From Podospora anserina (taxonomy: Eukaryota), in contig CM030332.1 of the NCBI GenBank assembly GCA_017654855.1, positions 124,001 to 188,000 on the forward strand: a stretch of 64,000 nucleotides of DNA, given 5' to 3'. Below the pieces are notes generated by a model. The model was not told the origin of the DNA, made no database searches, and saw nothing but the letters and a program-made list of their open reading frames with translations. Below are positions 57,801-64,000 of this stretch, piece by piece. The position numbers were made by a program, and so were the translations under genes. Each line of letters begins with the position of its first letter. Positions within the stretch are counted from its first letter, which is position 1.

Positions 57801-60800
57801 GCCTCCTTTGACTCGCAGTTCGTTGGATCCTCCTCAGGGGCCACAGGGTGACCATGTGGATCAATGCTGCTCAGTTGTCGTCTGATTAGTACCTGGTACT
57901 GAGGGAAGGCAGGATGGGCCCACTTCAAGGTGGTTAAATTGGGGACTTTTGCAGCAAGACTTAGCAGAGAAAGACAACCAACTTCACCCCTTTCATTTGA
58001 CTACTTGATATTATACACCTTGTGACAAGGACCCACCTCACTGAACCGCAATATCTATAAATTTCTCTCTTCTTGGGGCTTCGGTAGGACAAAGAACTTA
58101 CGTGATTGGTGGCCATGGACCGGGTAACGGTGGGAAATGGATTTCAATACCCGGGATGGGAGGCAACCGGATCGGTGGCGGACCGATTATAACAAAAGGG
58201 CCGGGGATGGGGAAATGCAGTCTCACCCACCCAAAGTCAATGTTGAAGTGAAGCAAAGGAATACAAATCTTGGAAAATTGTCAGTAAGATTGTAAGTGAC
58301 TTTCAAGTGATGAAGACCCACGAAAAGAATTTTAAAGCCGTCACAATGACTCGTGTTGTCCTCGTTCTCGTCTTCAGGCTTCTTATCCAGTAGCTCAATG
58401 TATACTCCTGTAGTAAATTCAGTGAAAGTGAGAAGACCTGTCCCGGCACCAGTGTAGTGTACACAGCCAAAATTAAAGCTTGCTTCGGTGCGGACGGGCA
58501 ACCACTTGGTTGTGGTTGGTGGACAGTCCCATGGAATGGTTATTGACTTCGCACCGGCCGGACAGTCAGTGGGAGCTGAAACCCAGACGCTTTCCTGTTT
58601 TAGATATACTCGATTCACTGGGCATGGGTCGACGACCGGCGGGTAAAAGGTTTGCGGTGTCGGTACCACAAGCGTGGTGGTTGCAAACTCGGGGGGTACT
58701 GGGAGCGTGGTAATCGGAATCAAGAATTGAGTGGTGAATTTGATGGCGCTGACGGTGGTTGTTGCATCAGACGGCTGTGGCGGAGTAAACATATGCACCG
58801 AGGAGTTGCTGGCCAAACCAGGGATGTCGGTGATGGTCATCGTGTAGGTTGGAGGAGCCGTGCCAACTGAGAAATCCCACCAACCAGTGAAGGTGACTGT
58901 ATGGACAGTGGATGTGAAGATTGGGGGCACCGGCAGTGGAAAGCTGAGTTGACTGGTGAAGGTGATGAGGCTGACAGACGACGATGCACCACCAGATGGT
59001 TTTGGTATAGCGAGGGTGTATACCGACGCAGTATTGGAGGCTCCAGGTGTGTCTGTAACAGTCATCGTATATGTTGGGGCGGCCGTGAAGAGTCCCAAGA
59101 ACCTGTAAACGGGACGGTGTGGACAGAGGGAACGGGGGAAAGAGTTGGCTTTCTCGCCACTGAATGTAATCTGCGGCCATGGCGGAAGGGTGAGAGTCCG
59201 GGTTGCCACCGCGCCATCGGGTTTGGTGAGGACCACGGGAGCTGGTGGAATTTCAATGCTGGGGATGATCCACAACGGAGCACCTTCACTCTCTTCACCC
59301 GTGTAATTGTAGTTGGCCACTGGAATGACGCTTGTGATGATAGAGGCCACAGCGACTGTCAAAGTCGTAGTTGTGGCGCTAAAGGTTCCGTTTTGCATTT
59401 GTCCAACCTCGACCTCGGTCGTGTACGGGTCGATGTAGATCGTGGTAGGGGTAGCAAGCGTGGTTGGTGGCATAACAAGGATATAAGGCGGTGACGGGCA
59501 CTACGAGGAAGGAAGAAACTGGCAGACTCTCGTATTGGGTTCTCAGACGAGTAAACAGTTTGCCATGCCATCAAGCAAGGGCGCGGGTCGGGGACGGTCG
59601 TCAATAGACTGGCCCATGGAAGACCGGCCTTGATTATGAATGTATTGCTTTCCATACTCCCGCAGGGTGAGCTCCTTGGTACCACTGGTGCCCTCAATGA
59701 TGGGATCCTTTGTTCCGCTGAGCACCACAATGATACCGACGTTGGTGAAAACCGTATTATCAAGAACCACGTCCACAGCACGGGGAGCAGCGAGGATTCC
59801 GATGGGCACGTTCTTGACAATCGAGTCAATGATGGACACTGAGCCGATACCCTGGTCGTTAAGGCCACCAATTCCGCTGATGTTAAAGTCAACGCTGCCG
59901 CCATCAATCTCGATCTTGTGCCAGTTGAAACCCCGATCCCACACCATGTCTACGGCGGTGCTGCAGTTCTTGAACTGTAGTGATGTAGCCGTGTACTGCT
60001 GAGAACCCACTCGCCACCCGATAGCACCGCCCTCAAAGACGAGATCTGAAACAAACCCTCCCGAGCCGTTCTCGGTGAAAATGCCAACATGGGTAGGAGG
60101 CTTTCCAAGATTGTCAGATGTCGGCACCTGGAGAAGAAGGTTTTACAATGTACAGGCCTGACTAACCTGTCAGTGAATACCAGTTGGTGCCAGGGGCTGT
60201 CCATTCTCGTCGGTAGCAGCGGGCATCGACTAGAGGTCGAAGACGAAATTGCGAATCTGTCGAAAGAATTGGTTCTGGGAAATGTACCAATTGATACCCG
60301 AGCCGGGGATATAGGGGTTGACATCCATGAGGGCAATTCCAGTAAAGGTCTCGCATCCCTTGATGATGGGCCGGTTATTGGGATCACTGACGAACTGTGT
60401 GAAGTAGTACTGGATGATGGGAGCGCAGATCTTGTAGGTACCGGGTGGGAAGTAAATCAGAGCTGGGCGAACGGTAGTGCTTCCGCAGTCCTCGCCACAT
60501 CGGTTACCATCCATGATGGCAGCATTGATTGCTTCCTTGGTGTTATTGGTCCCAGTGTTGTCGGCCCCGTAGTCCAGGACGTTTCTGTAAACGACATAGT
60601 TGTTCTCGGCCAGTGGAGCCTATTGAATAATGAAGTTAGTATTTCATTTCACGGATTAGGATGGATAGCGCCAGAGACGCACCTTTCCATGGGAGCCAAG
60701 AGTGGAAAACCAAAAGGTATTGTTGTCGTCAGCAGTAACCAAAGTATTGCCGGTAGCAGCCTTCTTCTCGGCCAACTTCTTCATGTAGCCTTCAAAGCTA

Positions 60801-61103
60801 CCAGAGTCGGATCAGACCGGACCGCTATATTTGCCTGCAAGTCAATCACTGTTGGCCAAACCAACTGTCTAGACATGTGGGTGGAATCCTGGATCAACTT
60901 GCTTTTGCTGGGCGCAACACCCCGAGCGTTGTCCGTGTGTAATCTGGCCAGTGGGGAGGGGTCTGCTGGAATTCGGCCGGTAAGTTCTGAAGGCTGAAGT
61001 CGTGTGTTACATCTTTCCAGCCATTCCTGGACCTCCCCGCGGAGACAGTCGGGATGGTGACAGTGGTGAGTAGTGCCGCCAAGCCAACGATGAGTCTCCT
61101 CAT
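54832..61103 (-). pseudogene. Decayed giant secreted modular gene: GH55 beta-1,3-glucanase beta-helix, Thr/Pro-rich repeats, S8 subtilisin-like domain, Cys-rich tail
   Basis: Signal peptide at 61103; YRNVLDYGADNTG, PALIYFPPGTYKI, QNQFFRQIRN, GIH*QVSQ, GIFTENGSGGF.SDL.F.GG..G...GSQQYT; later HGTGVLAKAIG and AAPTIA.LVAY; many stops and frameshifts. Confidence 0.8.
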
Positions 61104-61818
61104 CGCGTTGATTGTGTCGTGTGTCTTACTAAAGAAGGCGACTTAGATGTGAGAATTGGTACTGAGAGTTGAGTCTCCCAGTTCAGGTGTGGATGCGAAA
61201 AGGAAATGGAAGTGTAGGAGGGAACAGGAGAGACAGATCTTTACAGTGGTATCTGGGTCCAGCCGGCGTCCGCAACCGCTCTTCAAAGTCTTGATGTGGG
61301 TCTGACTCCAGTTGCTCATGTCAGATATCGCATCGGAATTGAGTGAATTACCTGGATGGTTGGGGCACTGGAGGAGGTCAACAAAGGATCCATACCAGAG
61401 CAGCTCCTCCAGCATATTGGATGATCCACCTCATACGTGCGAGAGCATCGATTGGGTAGGGAAGAGGTACCCGAGTGCATGATCCGAACTTTTGGCAATG
61501 CTCTGGCCAATTCACTGGGACTGTGATGTAGAAAATGCCAGGCTGAGTCCATGGAACTGGAGCCTGAGTTGCTCCGTTGGGTGAATTGAGAGCTTGTAAA
61601 TGAAATTTACTTGTGACTTTGTGGGGTCTGATATCCCAGCATGCTCATTCCATTTCCGACATGAGGTGCCTGGCGGGGCAAGGAGACGTGTCCGCTGAGG
61701 TTCATCCACCATCTAGATACCACTGCCAGACGAACAGACACCTGATTGAACACTCCATGCCTGACTCACTATCCATACAGCCTATTGCACATCCAGGCAC
61801 TCGACGAATCCTTCTTGA

Positions 61819-63901
61819 TCAGACTATTGTACCAGCCCTCAACTTGATCAAATCGGCCGCCTGTTCACGCTTGTCAGCTTGTAAATTCAACAAGAAAAAG
61901 TCAAGATCGATTCTCACCTTCTCTGCAACCGCATATACCGTCATGCTTGTGGTACCAGCAACAATTGTCGGCATCATCGACGCATCCACCACGCTCAGGC
62001 CCCTCACTCCATACACCATCAAGTCCTCCCCTACCACTCCCCCCCACTCCCTCGGCATTTTGGCTGCCGTCCCAACTGGGTGGTACACGCTGGGAATGGT
62101 ATTTGCCCTCACCCATGCCCCAAGCGCTTCGTCTGACTCTTACCCAGGCCCCGGCACGACCTCGGTGGCATTGTACCTAGACAACTCCCCGGTGGTCATG
62201 AACCTCCTCAAAAACTTGATCTCCTCAACCGCCACATCCACATCTATCGGGTTCGAGGCGGCCCTGTAGTTCACGATCGGCTCGACTTCAATGTCGCTGC
62301 CTGCGGCCGGGTCGATCAACACGGTGCCGCGGCTGACGGGGTGGATGATAATGGGGACAAAAGACGGATCACCCGAAAAGGTTGCGCGGAGAAAAGAGAA
62401 GTCTTTGGCTCGCATCTCGCGAGCGTAGATCTGTTGCTGCTTACGATAGCCTCTGATGATGGTTCTGTCGGTATCTTTGGGTAGATATGTAGCCGGATCC
62501 TGAGACTCGTACTTGGATGCGATCCGCTTGAAGGAGCCTGGGGAAACAACTGGCAGCTCGACTGATAATCCTAGCGAGGTTCTTCCCAGCCCATCATCAA
62601 CCACGGTGATATTTAAGTGCTCTGGGATTAGTGGTGACGTTAACCCTGAAGAGTGTAAGTTGTTAGCTGGTTCCGTCCATCCTCAGCGACCCTGGATATA
62701 CATACAACTGAAAGATACTGCAGGTATGAAGGTGTGATCCTGAAAATTGTACCCGACACCAGGGAGGTCAACTTTGACCGGTATCCCGGCACGTTTCAAA
62801 AGGTCAGCAGGTCCGATGCCGCTCAACTGCAGGATCTGAGGCGTATGAATGGCGCCGGCAGCTAGGATGACTTCCTTTCTGGCACGGATGGTAGTCTTTT
62901 TCGTGCTTTCACCTCGGGGGTAGATTTGAACACCTGCGGCTCTGTGGTGATCAAAAACGATCTTGTTCGCACGCGTTGCCGTGAGAAGATCGTAGTTGGC
63001 GCGGTTGAGACCATCCCAGTGGCCCGTTCGGGAGTAGGACCTCTCTCCCGTGTATGGATTTGTTGAAGTTTGGTAGTACTGTAGGCCAAGCTGCCCACTG
63101 CCAGCGTCTGGTGAGACCTTCATCCCCGATAGTCTTTTGGCCGCTTCATAGAAGGCATCTGATAGGAGAGACGAGTTGAGTTGCTAGAACGGATATTGAG
63201 ACAGGCTTATGAAAAGACACTCACGAGTCTTGGGGCTAATCACATTGCCAAAGGTGGCGAAAATGGTATGGTTGGTCGTAAGGTTGCGGCCCCAGTATTT
63301 GGTGTCGTATCTGAGGTCAAACGCAGCTGTCTCTGGCTTCGGAGCTGTCATCTGGATGCTCTTTTTGAAGTACTTGAGCATGTCAACCCAATTCCAGCGG
63401 ACTCTTGGATTGCCACCGCCAAGCTCTCCCCAAACGTCGTAGTCTTTTGCGTTTCCTCGCTGGAAAACCATGCCGTTGACGGCCGAGCTCCCGCCAACGA
63501 CACATCCAATAGACACAGGAAACGTCTTGTTGTTGAGACCAGCAACTGGCGCCGAAGTTATGTTGTAGAGCGTTCCAGGCCTCTGACCATCCGGTTCTGT
63601 CATCAATGTCAGAACACAACACGGATACAGCCCAACATAAGTCCCTGCACTCACCCAGGTAACCATACTCTATGACCAAGACGCTGTCTTTTGCATGAGT
63701 CAGTGTTGATAATTTCTCAAAAGGCAGGAGATATGAGATAACTCCCTTACGTTTTCCACTCTCGCTGAGACGGTCTCCAACCGTCAGGCCAGCGGTTCCG
63801 CCCCCAACGATGACATAGTCGTATGTCTCCTTGATGGCTTGGATGCTGGCCGGAAACAACCCTGCAAAGCAGGATACCTGTATGACGCCGCAAAGTCTCA
63901 T
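61819..63901 (-). pseudogene. Secreted GMC oxidoreductase (AA3_2-like) with one premature stop before the catalytic His
   Basis: YDYVIVGGGTAG, GGSSAVNGM, EVILAAGAIHTPQILQLSGIG, GYNFQDH, YHPVGTA, VVDAS; in-frame TAA at 62140-62142 (VVPGPG*ESDEALGAWVRAN). Confidence 0.8.
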
Positions 63902-64000
63902 GATGGCTTCACAGAGTATCTCACTTGCTGTGTCTATAGGAGCTCGAGACAACGTATGTACTGGGGGCCTGGTCTCTTCTTAAGCCGCACTCACGGAGTT

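Noticed and set aside
60089..60997. 302-aa plus-strand ORF
   Set aside because: Antisense shadow of the GH55 relic; no recognisable motifs and a non-ATG start

Overview
Intron-containing genomic DNA from a filamentous ascomycete. It looks Sordariales/Podospora-like from gene families and intron signals; this is inference, not a database result. The left ~39 kb is mostly intact housekeeping or conserved genes: SmG exon 1, Ntr2-like, Vps3844/DUF3844, an MFS transporter, a Cps1-like GT2, two Pth11-like receptors, malic enzyme, rpl23, an alpha/beta hydrolase, Mtc1-like and a large low-complexity protein. It is interrupted by a head-to-head pair of HET-domain genes from two different subfamilies (25.6-31.1 kb). 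The right ~25 kb looks like an accessory island of secreted, defence and cell-wall genes. Intact CFEM, GH75 chitosanase, GNAT and AA9-CBM1 LPMO genes are interleaved with four disrupted genes: an uncharacterised gene, a NACHT-less ankyrin NLR relic, a giant GH55/subtilisin-like modular relic, and a GMC oxidoreductase with a stop before its catalytic His. No tRNA, rRNA, CRISPR array or intact transposon was recognised. The best candidates for new biology are the divergent HET-HET pair, the GH55-S8 modular architecture and the GT2 with a long coiled-coil tail. All family calls come from motif recognition by eye.
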